From the NCBI GenBank assembly GCA_965214705.1, contig OZ243972.1, positions 640,001 through 704,000 of the forward strand: DNA of 64,000 nucleotides, written 5' to 3'. This stretch comes from Alphaproteobacteria bacterium. GTDB taxonomy: Bacteria; Pseudomonadota; Alphaproteobacteria; UBA828. A program made the translations under genes and the position numbers. Position 1 is the stretch's first letter. Each line of letters starts with the position of its first letter. Below the pieces are notes generated by a model that searched no databases, was not told the DNA's origin, and saw only the letters and a program-made list of their open reading frames with translations. Of the stretch, positions 10,642-20,971 are shown in pieces.

Positions 10642-10872
10642 GCATTCCTCCCCGGCACGTATCGCCGTGCGCGCCCGGCCTCTGCCGCCGCCAGGCGTTC
10701 AGGCCGCCAGAACCCTGCCAGGCCTCACTCCGCCTGCGCCGGCGCCACGCGCTTCGTCAGCGTCACCACGTTGCGTCCGTCCTGCCGGCGGTAAGCCACG
10801 CCGTCCATCGTCTTGCGTACCAGATAGATGTCGAGACCACCCATGGCGCGATCCTCCAGCGGAGCGGATAAA

Positions 10873-11025
10873 TCAGGCGTAGGCGCCTGCAACGGGTCGA
10901 ACGCCCATGCCGTCGTCCGCGATCTCCATCACCAGCGCTCCGCCCTCAAGGCGGAGGACGAGATCGACCCGATGCTCCCCATCGTCGTCGTAGCCGTAGC
11001 TGATCGTGTTGGTGACCACCTCACT
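10873..11025 (-). pseudogene. RsbW-like anti-sigma/HATPase fragment
   Basis: EVVTNTISYGY...LVMEIADDG gives the N box and G1 box of HATPase_c_2; no proper N-terminus. Confidence 0.6.
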
Positions 11026-11235
11026 CGCACGCGTCGCAGGCTTCCATCCCAGCAAGCGCCAACCCCTCCCCGGAACCGAGAAAATCTGGCAGGCATGGCA
11101 ACGATACAAAGCCGGCATCGACTTCATCGACGCATGGATCGACATCGAATGAAAGAACCTTCTCAGCAGTGAGAGATTGAAAGGGCCTGGGCGGGTGCCG
11201 CCAGCACGTGCGAGCCCTGTTCGCGGCGAGCCCGC

Positions 11236-11427
11236 GTGCGCTCCCCCGAGTATCGAGGACTGCCGCCATCTCAGCCCCTCTTCACCATCGTCGAGATCGC
11301 GACCGGTCTGGAGTTGGACACATTCGAGACCGAGGCCGAGGCGGCGGCCGCGCTGGCGTTTACCGGCCTCGGCCCAGGCGACGTCGAGATAGTCTCGGAC
11401 AACACGGCCGCGCTGACCGCGTGGTAG
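11236..11427 (+). CDS. small hypothetical protein
   Basis: Protein-like composition (FTIVEIATGLELDTFETEAEAAAALAF); start uncertain. Confidence 0.4.
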   Translation: MRSPEYRGLPPSQPLFTIVEIATGLELDTFETEAEAAAALAFTGLGPGDVEIVSDNTAALTAW

Positions 11428-11499
11428 CCGCCGGTGTCGCATACGCCGTGCCGCGCGCCATCCCTGAACACCTTGCGACCTTGGCCGGCACCGCCGGCT

Positions 11500-12834
11500 T
11501 CAGGTCCACCGCCACAGGAGGTCCTTCGAGATCTGCCTCGCGATCCTGTCGCGCTGCCGCTCCAGGCCGTTGTGCGCCGACCCGAACTGTCGCCCCTCCA
11601 GCCGGATCACCCTGCCGATCCGCTTCATCAGGCGGTGGGCCTCTTCCTTCTTCTTCTCGTATTCCGCGTTGCCCAACCCCATGACCTCGATCACGTAGCG
11701 CACCTTGTCGCTGCCGTCGATGGAGCCGCCCGGGTGGCTAAAGGTGAGGAGGGCGTCCGGATGACAACGGCCGTCGCGCACCCGTATCGGGAAGAGCGGC
11801 TTCTCAAGCTCGACCCGGACGACACCGCCGAGCGCCTCCTGCGGCTCCTTGCCGCGCCGCAGATCCTCGACCAGTCGTGGAAGCGACAGGAGCGCCTGGC
11901 GCTCGTAGTCCGACTCCACCGGGATCGGCAACGCCGGCGAGGCAATCGGCTGCGCATACGCCATGCGGCACTCCCACCCGTGCATGTCTGCGGATCGCGC
12001 CAGCGCGCCCAGGAAGAGATAGGGCCCCTCCACCCTGTTGTTGTGGATGAGCCGGGAGACCACGGGAGACGTCACCCTCACATGGCCAGCGCCCCCGGTC
12101 TTGCCGTTGATCTCGTGGCCCTCCACATCGTGCGCGACCCAGCACAGGTAGCCGCAGGGCGGGGGATCTTTCGGCCAATGCCGCGCGCGCTCGTCCAGCC
12201 TTTCCCGGAACTCACCCGAGTGCCAGCTCGCGGGGTCCGTGCACAGCACCTCCGACGCCGGAACCCCCGGCGCGACGGGGAACGCAACTGCGGCGCGCCT
12301 GAGTTCCGCGAGCCAGTCCGCCGGTGACTGAAACCGCTCCGCGCCCGCCAGCGTGTGCAGCCGCGCCGCCCGGATGAAGCACTTGAGCATGTAGGCCACG
12401 ACCGGGACCGACCGGCCCGTCCCGCTCCAGGGCTTGTGTTCCAGGTCGCGTTCTGCCGAGGCCTCGACGTCCCGCTCGTGCGACAACGGATTGAAGAAGA
12501 ACCGGGAGGCGCCTTGCAAGTGTTGCAAGCGGAAGACGCAGTTCCCGGCATGCGGCACGGAAGCGTCGGGAAGGTTACCGAGACGTATGCTGCGCTTACC
12601 CCGGGCGGGCACGATGACAGGCTGCTCCAACCCCTCGGGCAGACAATCGCACAGGATCCAGCAATCCGCGTCGCAGAGGGCCCTGATCACAACGGCGTAG
12701 AGCATTCGCACCGCCGGGTTCGCCTTCCGGCGCCTTACGATCGCGTCCTTGCCCTCGCGCAGGGCGCACTCCTCGAGAAACTGGAGCCACCGGACGTGCT
12801 CCCGGCTGAAGGCCCTTATGACCTCGAGAGCCAT
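11500..12834 (-). CDS. hypothetical protein, DUF1173-like, with N-terminal CxC..H..C and a C-terminal PD-(D/E)xK-like motif
   Basis: WILCDC..PHAGNC; IPVESDYERQ; KPLF..HPDALL..YVIEVMG..Y.KKK; GGAGG RBS upstream. Confidence 0.7.
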   Translation of the reverse strand: MALEVIRAFSREHVRWLQFLEECALREGKDAIVRRRKANPAVRMLYAVVIRALCDADCWILCDCLPEGLEQPVIVPARGKRSIRLGNLPDASVPHAGNCVFRLQHLQGASRFFFNPLSHERDVEASAERDLEHKPWSGTGRSVPVVAYMLKCFIRAARLHTLAGAERFQSPADWLAELRRAAVAFPVAPGVPASEVLCTDPASWHSGEFRERLDERARHWPKDPPPCGYLCWVAHDVEGHEINGKTGGAGHVRVTSPVVSRLIHNNRVEGPYLFLGALARSADMHGWECRMAYAQPIASPALPIPVESDYERQALLSLPRLVEDLRRGKEPQEALGGVVRVELEKPLFPIRVRDGRCHPDALLTFSHPGGSIDGSDKVRYVIEVMGLGNAEYEKKKEEAHRLMKRIGRVIRLEGRQFGSAHNGLERQRDRIARQISKDLLWRWT

Positions 12835-13144
12835 GATCGTCCCTCCGATGCCCTCCGCTGCACTTCACCGACAGGAGCGCCGGGACGCCGGCGCCCGAAA
12901 CGATCGCGGGAAGAGCGCCAGCGCCTGGCCTGGACCCGCTCGATGCAGCGCGGCGAGCGCTCCCGCCATTCGTCGACCGGCCCGATCCCCTCGGCCACGG
13001 CCTTCGCCTCGGTGATCAAGGGGCGTCATTGGAGGTGTCTCCGTCTTCTCAGCCCGACACCGTCGATAGTACAAGCCCGCTCGGGTCGACCTCGCCCCTT
13101 CTCACCAGACTGCCGCACGTGTTCGCCGATCTGCCTGCCCGCAA

Positions 13145-13645
13145 TCAGAACAGCTCCTTCTGACCGGAGTCGCCGACCCTTTTCTTGCGGCGTGCCGGCT
13201 TCTTCGGTTTCTGCGCCGCTGCCGGCGCCGTCCGTACAGTCGGCATGAATGCGGCGGCGATGATCGCCGCCCGCTCGTCGCCGAACACTTGTCCAAGGAG
13301 CGCCTCGGCGTCACTGCCCCGGCCCTGCCGGACCATCGTCTCAAGCCGCGCCTTCAGCAGCGCGCCGAGGTCGTCCGTGACCTGCGAAGGCGCGTCGATG
13401 TCCGAGCGCAGGCTCCGGGCATGCTCGCTCACGGCCCGAGACACGGACTTCTGCTGTTTCTCGTCGAGCACCAGCCGGCGATGCTTCCGCGGAAGGAGGT
13501 CCACCGTCAATGCGCAATGGACCACCCAGGCCGACACCGACATTCCGGCCTGGTCCGCCCCAGATTGCACGTCGGCCCACTCCTCGTCGGTCGCGGAAAT
13601 CGTTTGTTCGGTCCCCGTCCTGCGCACGCGCGGCTTCCTCATCAC
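13145..13645 (-). CDS. ribbon-helix-helix (MobC-like) protein 3
   Basis: TISATDEEWADVQSGADQAGMSVSAWV; 4-nt overlap with the upstream gene. Confidence 0.75.
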   Translation of the reverse strand: MMRKPRVRRTGTEQTISATDEEWADVQSGADQAGMSVSAWVVHCALTVDLLPRKHRRLVLDEKQQKSVSRAVSEHARSLRSDIDAPSQVTDDLGALLKARLETMVRQGRGSDAEALLGQVFGDERAAIIAAAFMPTVRTAPAAAQKPKKPARRKKRVGDSGQKELF

Positions 13646-13965
13646 CCCCGTGCCTCTTCGCAGAGCAGCAGAAAGCGCACCACTTCATGGATCGCCAGGA
13701 TCGCCTTCCCGCCGTCCTGCGCATCGACAACGATGCTCTTCGACCGGGCAAGAACGCGGCTGTCCTCGTAAAGGCGACGCTGCGCATCCTCGGCAAGCGC
13801 CAGCGGGTGACCGGGCGGCTCCGGAGGAGCGCCCGCGCTCGCAACCTGGCGGCAGCACAGAATGATCAGACGCGAGAGCGGCATCCCCGCCTTCTTGGCC
13901 CGCCGCCGCATCTTCTCTCGCTTCTCTGGGGAGCAGTAGATGCAGCGCTTCTTCGCGAGGTTCAC
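13642..13965 (-). CDS. ribbon-helix-helix (MobC-like) protein 2
   Basis: CIYCSPEKREKMRRRAKKAGMPLSRLI. Confidence 0.7.
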   Translation of the reverse strand: MNLAKKRCIYCSPEKREKMRRRAKKAGMPLSRLIILCCRQVASAGAPPEPPGHPLALAEDAQRRLYEDSRVLARSKSIVVDAQDGGKAILAIHEVVRFLLLCEEARG

Positions 13966-13978
13966 GGCACCTTCCGCT

Positions 13979-14311
13979 TCATCCCAGATCGCCCTCGCCC
14001 TTGATCCAGGCGTCCACCTTGCCCACCGCCCTCTGCCACAGCTCTTCGCCCATCTCGCCGTCGTTCGCGAGCCGCAGCCGCTGCAGTTCTTCGAGGATCA
14101 ATACCGCCTTCACCGCTCGCTGCAGCACCGGCGAGGGCAGACCGACATCGGTCGGTTCGGCCCGCGCCTTGCCGTCGAGGCAGCACCGGATGACGTAGTC
14201 GGAGTTCGACAATCCCGCCGCTTGCGCGCCTTCGCTGATCTCGGCCCACTCGGCATCGGTTGCACCGACCCAGCGCTGCTTCCGCTTTTCGCCCTTTTGT
14301 CTCGCCGGCAT
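13979..14311 (-). CDS. ribbon-helix-helix (MobC-like) protein 1
   Basis: RWVGATDAEWAEISEGAQAAGLSNSDYVIRCCL. Confidence 0.75.
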   Translation of the reverse strand: MPARQKGEKRKQRWVGATDAEWAEISEGAQAAGLSNSDYVIRCCLDGKARAEPTDVGLPSPVLQRAVKAVLILEELQRLRLANDGEMGEELWQRAVGKVDAWIKGEGDLG

Positions 14312-14471
14312 CGGCCCGTCCGCGTCGCTATGGAGAAAATCCGATATCGCCCGCTAATGCACCACTATAACCATACGTCTCGAATATCTACCTTCGGCCC
14401 TCATCCCATCAGCCGCAGAATACTGCGCACATGATGGCCTCTTCAACACCCGAGCGTCACGGTCGCAACAG

Positions 14472-14511
14472 GACAGACAATTCCTGCCATGGCGACATGA
14501 CAGACAATTCC
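14472..14511. repeat. 13-bp direct repeat GACAGACAATTCC x2 upstream of the RHH operon
   Basis: Copies at 14472-14484 and 14499-14511, each followed closely by CCATGG. Confidence 0.7.
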
Positions 14512-14532
14512 ATGGTTGACTATACGATAACC

Positions 14533-15528
14533 CTATGATATACAACACGAGAAATGGAAAACCATCGCATATCGTGTCAGCCTACGAACCACCGATTCGT
14601 CGTTGAAAGTTTCTACACGATGCCAGACGCTGCCAACCGACGCTGCATGCAGGAGGCCGTTCCTTGGCGAGGGGAAAACCCAGACGGCAGTGCGGGGCAG
14701 GCCGTCGAGGATGGCGCGCGCGGGGGACGAGAGCCAAACCGTGCGCGGCCCGACCTTGCTATCCGGGAGGAACAGCTTGCCCTCGCGGTAGTAGCGCCAT
14801 TTCAGGGTGACGATCTCGCCCTTGCGGCATCCAGTGAGCAGCAGCAGCCGAATGATCGCCACGGCCTGCGGGTGGTCCGCCTCATGGCTCGCCAGCACCG
14901 AGCCCAAGCGACTGACTTCGGCCGTCGACAGGAAGCGCTCGCGCCCTCGGCGCCGGTACCTCCTGATGCCCGCGCAAGGGTTTGTCCGCTCGGGCCGGTA
15001 GCCGTAGACCTCGGCCTGGCGCATGATGACCGAGAGGATGGGGGCCGAGCGGTCAGCAGCTACGGGGGTCTCGTGAAGAGAGGCGAACCACTGTTGGACA
15101 TCACGGGCAGTGATGCCGGTTATCGAGCGTCCCTCGAACCAGGGCAGGATCTGCTTGCGGTAGTAGCCTTGGTTGACCTTGAGCGTGGACGCCTTCCAGT
15201 TCCGGGCGTAGCGGCGGAAGACTTCGTCGGCGACTGTCTCGAACGGGGTGTCAGGCACCGCCGCAGTCTCATCGGCTGTTCCCGTCCGGATGGAGGCCAG
15301 CATGGCCCTGGCCCGCTCACGGGCCTCGTTCACGCCGATGGTCCCGGCTTGGCCGAGCATCTTCCAGGTTCGTCGACCGTCGTGCTGGCTGTGGATGAAG
15401 TAGCGCTTGGCGCCCGAGGGCAGAACCCTGACGCCGAAGCCCTTGAGTTCCCGGTCTCGGATGTCGTATGCGGCCCTGCGGGGCTTGAGCGCATCGATCC
15501 GGCCTTGGTTGAGACGAAGCGTTGCCAT
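14533..15528 (-). pseudogene. tyrosine integrase with Arm DNA-binding domain, C-terminally truncated
   Basis: D..LKGFGVRV..SG.K arm domain; LLLLTGCRKGEI, DSKVG; similarity ends near 14615, before the HxxR motif and catalytic Tyr. Confidence 0.85.
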
Positions 15529-15979
15529 AGGATTTCCTCCTGCACTTCCTGTTGCAGCCGGGGCGAAAACGGGGACCGAATTCGCCCTTGTCGGCCAAGA
15601 ACAGGAGGAAAAAGCAACGCTAAGTCAGTACATTAGCACCGAAGGTGCGCTTGTCGGTGTGTGTCCTGGTTGCCTTGATGTACATGGCGGCGCCGTTTCT
15701 GCGATGCCTGTTTCGCATACACGGCGTTCGCGGCATCTGGCAAGAGGGATATCGACTCAACTCCAAAGTCCTGGCCCCACAATTGGCTTCCAGGACCACG
15801 AATGGCAAATGTGGGTCTCAGGTGTCCTCCAACCCCAACATCTAGTGGTTCAGCGCCGCAAAACTGGCTCGAACAGGCTCGGCTGGTCGGAAAAAGTGCC
15901 AACTTGGGTAGAGCGCAATTTGCCCGCCGATGCCTCATCCGCCGAACGGCGACACCATCATCGCTATTGGGAGACGAAC

Positions 15980-16804
15980 ATGGAGACTTCTCTTCAGGGC
16001 CGCCGCGCCCTGGTTACCGGGGCGGGAAGCGGCATCGGTGCCGCCATCGCCGAGGCCCTCGCGCGCGAGGGGGCGCATGTGGCGATTCACGCGCGCAGCG
16101 AAGAGCGCGCCCGACCGACCGTCGATGCGATCGAGGCGGCGGGAGGCCGCGCGTTCGCCGCCACGGCCGACCTCCGCGACCGCGCGGCTATCGCCCCGAT
16201 GTGTGATACCGCTGTCGAGCGGCTCGGTGGGCTCGATATCCTGGTCAACAACGCGGGCACCTTCGTCCGCAAGCAGGTGGGCGAGATGGACCTTGCGAGC
16301 TGGGACGCCATGGTCGAGATCAACCTCACCGCCCCCTATCTGGTGACCCAGGCCGCGCTGCCTGCAATCACGGCGTCGGAGGCGGGCGCATCCATCATCT
16401 TCATCTCCTCGATCGGTGCGGGCGCTTTTTCCTCGGGCTGGGGCGCCTACGCGATGACCAAGAACGGCCTTATCGCCTTCATGCGCTGCCTCGCGGACGA
16501 GCTCGGCGGCGACGGCGTCCGCGTCAACGCCATCTGCCCCGGCTGGGTCGAGACCAGGATGGCGCAGGACACCCACCGGAGCATCGCGGCGGATCTCGGC
16601 GTCGACTACGAGACCTTCTACGCGGAGAACATGCGCGCCAACATGTTGGGCGCGCTGGTGACCCCCGACAGCGTCGCCGACATCGCCGTCTTCCTCGCGA
16701 GCGATTGCAGCCGCCACATCACGGCGCAAGAGCATACCGTTTGCGGGGGCTGCAGCCCCGGCAACAACGCCAAGCCGGCCGAGGAGACCGAGGCGTCCGA
16801 ATAA
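15980..16804 (+). CDS. SDR-family oxidoreductase
   Basis: TGAGSGIG, LDILVNNAG, YAMTK, VRVNAICPG; GGAGA RBS before the ATG at 15980. Confidence 0.95.
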   Translation: METSLQGRRALVTGAGSGIGAAIAEALAREGAHVAIHARSEERARPTVDAIEAAGGRAFAATADLRDRAAIAPMCDTAVERLGGLDILVNNAGTFVRKQVGEMDLASWDAMVEINLTAPYLVTQAALPAITASEAGASIIFISSIGAGAFSSGWGAYAMTKNGLIAFMRCLADELGGDGVRVNAICPGWVETRMAQDTHRSIAADLGVDYETFYAENMRANMLGALVTPDSVADIAVFLASDCSRHITAQEHTVCGGCSPGNNAKPAEETEASE

Positions 16805-17391
16805 GCACGGCACCGGCGACTCTGGGGCTGGAGGGGCGGGCTGGTGAGTGGCCCCACGCCCACCTCTCCCTGTGCTTGGGGGTTCGCTGCAAGTTAAGGA
16901 TTGAGCAGGTTCCATGGAGCCTGCTCAATCCTTCAAGAGATTGCTCCCCTGCCGATGATCCGCTTTCACATGCGGACTACGAAGGACCTACCTGAATGCG
17001 TCGATTTGATCGCCCTCAAGGATTTGCTCGTAGACAGCTCCTCTTGTCCCGTCTTCCCATAGCTGTTGATATCTTCTCTCTCCCAACGAGACGAGCTTGT
17101 TGCAAAACACCGTTTGCCCGAATTTCTGCCTCATTTCAGGTAGTGTATCAGTTTAACTTTTCTGCGTGACTTTACCGGGACCTACCGCACTTGCGGCTCG
17201 TATCGGCGTTTCCACGGCTGAACCCCGCGCGCCACCAGATTCACAGATTCACGCGATATTCATAGAATAAACATAGGAAAGCCCCACATATATATGGATA
17301 CGTCACATAATACCTCCCTCATTGTGTATAATATCGGCGGTTCAGGTGAGTCGAAGCCAAAACCTGTGGCCAACGCGCAGGCGAGCCTCAC

Positions 17392-17772
17392 ATGCAACGT
17401 CCCATCGCCATTATGCTCGCTTTTGTCCTATTCGCCTTCTTAGCGACCGACGCGCTGGCCCACGGTGGAGGTCTGGATCGCTACGGGTGTCACCGGGAAA
17501 CGGCTACTGGTGGCTACCACTGCCACAATGACGAAGAGGAGGTTGATTGGGGTTTGGTAGCTGGAGTTGTAGGCGGTCTGATTACCCTAGTTTTCGTCCT
17601 TCGCTGGCTTCAGCCTGACAACCCGACCTATGGACTCCAGCTTTCCGTTGACGCTGATGGCACCACCGACATTGGCTACCCCATCGGGAATTCGCACCAG
17701 ATAGGCATACGCTCGATACCCTCTACTGAGGGCGACAATACGGCGCTCACCTACTGGCGGCTGCGGTTTTGA
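17392..17772 (+). CDS. YHYH-domain secreted/membrane protein
   Basis: Signal peptide, then HGGGLDRYGCH...GGYHCH, then a TM helix. Confidence 0.85.
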   Translation: MQRPIAIMLAFVLFAFLATDALAHGGGLDRYGCHRETATGGYHCHNDEEEVDWGLVAGVVGGLITLVFVLRWLQPDNPTYGLQLSVDADGTTDIGYPIGNSHQIGIRSIPSTEGDNTALTYWRLRF

Positions 17773-17801
17773 TTCAATGAAATGACCTCCAAATCCATAA
17801 T

Positions 17802-19475
17802 CCTAAATCCCGCAGTTGGTTTCGGGGCCGATCACGAAAAAGCCTTGTAGGCTAGGGGCATGAGCGAATCGAAACAGGCCCTTGAGGCTCACCCTGCGGG
17901 TGATGGTCCCAGCACTGCGCGGGAGCTCGCCCGAGAGGCCGTGAAGGTGGACACCTTCGGCGGCACCGTCCACGTCGAATGGGACCCGGATGCGGCGGCC
18001 ACACCGCTGGGTCATCTGGTGTTCTTCGCCGAATACCTGAAAGTCAGCGGCCGCTTCGACGCGCTGGTGGCGGACTGCCCGCTGCACTACACGAGCCCGA
18101 ACGCGCCCTCGAAGCGGGACGTGCTGGGGACGGTGATGCTGTCGGCCCTCGCAGGACACTGGCGCTACGCGCACATCACGGCGCTGCGCGGCGACGGCGT
18201 CAATCCGTCGCTGTTGGGCATGACCAAGGTGGCGAGCGAGGACTCGGTTCGGCGCGGCCTGGGACGGATCGACGCGGAGGACGGCGCTTCCTGGCTGCAC
18301 GGCCATCTCGACGACACGGCGCGGCCCTTGCTGAGCGAGCCGTGGGTTCTGGATTGCGACACAACGATCAAGCCGCTCTACGGCCACCAGGAGGGGGCTG
18401 TGGTGAGCTACAACCCGAAGAAGCCGGGCCGTCCGTCGCATGCCTACCATGCGTTCCTGATGGCGGGCACGCGCCTTGTTCTGGACGTCGATGTCGCGCC
18501 CGGGAACCGTCACCACTCGAAGAACGCGGCGCCTTCGCTGTGGGCCTTGCTCGACCGCCTCGGCCGTGAGAACTGGCCGCGGCTCGTACGGGGCGACAAG
18601 GACTGGGGCAACGAGGGCAACATGGCGTCGTGCGAGGGGGCGGGTCTCGACTATCTGTTCAAGCTGCGCCTGACCAAGGGCGCGCGCCGGCTTGCCGAGT
18701 GCCTGATGACGCGGGACGAGTGGACGGACGCGGGCCCGGGCTGGTCGGGGATCGAGGCCGAGCTTCGCTTGCATGGCTGGAGCCGGACGCGTCGCGTGGT
18801 GGTGCTGCGCCGTCGGCTTCCCGGGACGGTGGCGCTGACGCGCGCAGACGACGGTCAGGGCGATCTCTTCTGGGCCGACGCGCAGCCTGGCACCAAGGTG
18901 TGGGAGTTTGCGGTTCTGGCGACGTCTCTGGATCTGGAGGTTCTCTCGATCGCCCAGCTCTACCGGGATCGGGCGGACGCGGAGAACGGCTTCGACGAGT
19001 TGAAGAACCAGTGGGGCTGGGGCGGCTTCACCACGCGAGACCTGAAGCGCTGCCAGCACATGGCCCGGCTGATCGCGCTCATTTACAATTGGTGGAGCCT
19101 GTTCGTGCGCTTGGCGGACCCCGATCACCACCGCGAGGCGATCACCAGCCGACCGCTCCTGCTGCATGGGGTTGCCCGCCAGACCCATCACGCCGGTCAA
19201 ACCCGGCTGACGGTGACGTCGAGCCACGGGCGGCGGGGGGCCGTGGTCGCGGCGTTGCGGCGGATCACCGGCTTCTTCCAGACTCTGCTGACAAGTGCGG
19301 AGCAGTTGAGCGCTGAGGATCGCTGGCGCCGGATCCTGGCGGAAGCGCTGAAGAAGTACCTCCGGGGCCGCCAGCCGGGTCGCCAGCCCTGGATTCCACC
19401 GCCTCGGCCTGCGCTGGCAGGCTGAAATTGAGCCCGGAAATCGACCGATCATCGCCCCCAACTGCGGGATTTAGG
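17802..19475 (+). mobile_element. IS1380-family insertion sequence
   Basis: IR CCTAAATCCCGCAGTTGG at both ends; 5-bp TSD ATAAT (17797-17801 and 19476-19480). Confidence 0.9.
17860..19425 (+). CDS. IS1380-family transposase
   Basis: LDCDTTIKPLYGHQEGA, LVRGD, YRDRADAENGFDELK. Confidence 0.9.
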   Translation: MSESKQALEAHPAGDGPSTARELAREAVKVDTFGGTVHVEWDPDAAATPLGHLVFFAEYLKVSGRFDALVADCPLHYTSPNAPSKRDVLGTVMLSALAGHWRYAHITALRGDGVNPSLLGMTKVASEDSVRRGLGRIDAEDGASWLHGHLDDTARPLLSEPWVLDCDTTIKPLYGHQEGAVVSYNPKKPGRPSHAYHAFLMAGTRLVLDVDVAPGNRHHSKNAAPSLWALLDRLGRENWPRLVRGDKDWGNEGNMASCEGAGLDYLFKLRLTKGARRLAECLMTRDEWTDAGPGWSGIEAELRLHGWSRTRRVVVLRRRLPGTVALTRADDGQGDLFWADAQPGTKVWEFAVLATSLDLEVLSIAQLYRDRADAENGFDELKNQWGWGGFTTRDLKRCQHMARLIALIYNWWSLFVRLADPDHHREAITSRPLLLHGVARQTHHAGQTRLTVTSSHGRRGAVVAALRRITGFFQTLLTSAEQLSAEDRWRRILAEALKKYLRGRQPGRQPWIPPPRPALAG

Positions 19476-19594
19476 ATAATGGCTCGCCAGAGCGGCAACC
19501 CCTTACGGACCGCGCGGAGCATTTAGCCTCTTCGTTGACACGCTCTGCCCCATATGCTCCGGTTGGGTACGGTCATCTAGCGGGGACAGACACC

Positions 19595-19744
19595 ATGAGA
19601 TTTGTGATCATCGGGCTCGCGGCCATCGTGCTTCTGGCGGTCAGCGTATCGCACGGCCCGGCTTTCTCTCACTCTGGCGGCACGGATTCCTATGGTTGCC
19701 ACCACAACTGGGCCAATGGCAGCGGCGCTTACCACTGCCACTAA
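19595..19744 (+). CDS. minimal YHYH-domain secreted peptide (49 aa)
   Basis: Signal peptide plus HSGGTDSYGCHH..GAYHCH, ending exactly at the motif. Confidence 0.75.
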   Translation: MRFVIIGLAAIVLLAVSVSHGPAFSHSGGTDSYGCHHNWANGSGAYHCH

Positions 19745-19785
19745 TCGGGTTACCGGCGCCTCCACCGCCCGGCACCTCCTATCAC

Positions 19786-20817
19786 CTAAGTTGAGATCAT
19801 CTTCTTCTCGATTCCGACACCTGCCGCGATCGCGCGCTCGTATTCGAGCGGCAAAGTCGCGGAATCCTGAAGCGCGATTCCCGTCGAATCGAACAGCGTG
19901 ACCTCGTCCGCCGAGGTTCGACCGGGGATCTTGCCCGTGATCACCTCGCCGATATCGCCGGCGACATCACTCTCCCGAAGCTCGCCCCTGGTCAGCGGCA
20001 CGTTGATCTCGCCGTCGGTGATGCACTGGCGCATGTCGTCGACGATGATCCGCGAGCGGCGCAGGATTTCGACATCGAGCTCCTGCGTGCCCGCGAGACC
20101 GCCGCCGAGGGCCGCGATATGCATGCCGTCTTCGATCAGCTCGTTGCCGAGGACCGGCGTTTCGCCCGTCGTCCCGGTGACGATGACATCGGCGCCCGGC
20201 ACCACGTCTTCGAGAACGGTGGAGGGCTTGATCGCGAGGTCGGGGTGCTGCGGCTGCTCGGCCGCCATGAACGCATCCAGCGTCGCCTGGGTCCGGCTCC
20301 AGACCCGCACCTCCTTCCACTCATGCGTGGCCACGCAGGTGCGGAAGGCGCCGGTGTTCACATCGCCGGCCCCGACCAGCGCCAGAACCGAGGAGTCTTC
20401 GCGCGCCATCCACTTCACGGAGACCGCGCCGGACGCGCCGGTGCGCATCAGGGTGTGATGGGTGCCGTCCACGATAGCCAGTGGAAAGCCGGTCTCGGGC
20501 TCGGTGTAGATCAGGATCGAGAACACGGTGGGAAGATTGAACTTCGCACGGTTCTCGAAGCGGATGGAGACCCACTTGCACGCAGCCGCGGCGGGTGCGG
20601 CCTCCGGCTCCTCGATGTAGGACGGCATGATCTCCCACTCGCCCGGATACTCGTCGAGCACGATATGGCCCTTGGGCTCCATGTAGACCCGCCCCTCGCC
20701 CATGCGCCGGAACGCGGTCTCCACGCAGCGGACGTACTCTTCGGGCTCCAGCAGGCCGATCATTTCGCTGCGGCTGAGAATCAGGGTCTTGCGATTGCGC
20801 CAGCTTGTGTCCGCCAT
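19786..20817 (-). CDS. ornithine cyclodeaminase / mu-crystallin family protein
   Basis: MPSY, CKWVS, RTGASGAV, LVGAG, GMHIAALG, TLFDSTGIALQD. Confidence 0.9.
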   Translation of the reverse strand: MADTSWRNRKTLILSRSEMIGLLEPEEYVRCVETAFRRMGEGRVYMEPKGHIVLDEYPGEWEIMPSYIEEPEAAPAAAACKWVSIRFENRAKFNLPTVFSILIYTEPETGFPLAIVDGTHHTLMRTGASGAVSVKWMAREDSSVLALVGAGDVNTGAFRTCVATHEWKEVRVWSRTQATLDAFMAAEQPQHPDLAIKPSTVLEDVVPGADVIVTGTTGETPVLGNELIEDGMHIAALGGGLAGTQELDVEILRRSRIIVDDMRQCITDGEINVPLTRGELRESDVAGDIGEVITGKIPGRTSADEVTLFDSTGIALQDSATLPLEYERAIAAGVGIEKKMIST

Positions 20818-20971
20818 GGCTTGCCTGCTCCTTTCTCGGCTCTCTTCCTCGGGTAGGGTTCCGGTCACTATACGGTCAACCGCGCGCGAAGGCCGTGGGA
20901 AGAGCCGGCAGGACGCGCTATAACCTGCCGAGGGTCGGGCGTGAGCCGGCCCGTGGGCTGCGAGGACCGCC

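Noticed and set aside
15407-15979. N-terminal extension of the SDR ORF, and a possible IS1634 start (MYIKATRT) on the minus strand
   Set aside because: The extension overlaps the integrase and has no SDR features; the IS-like fragment is too short to support.
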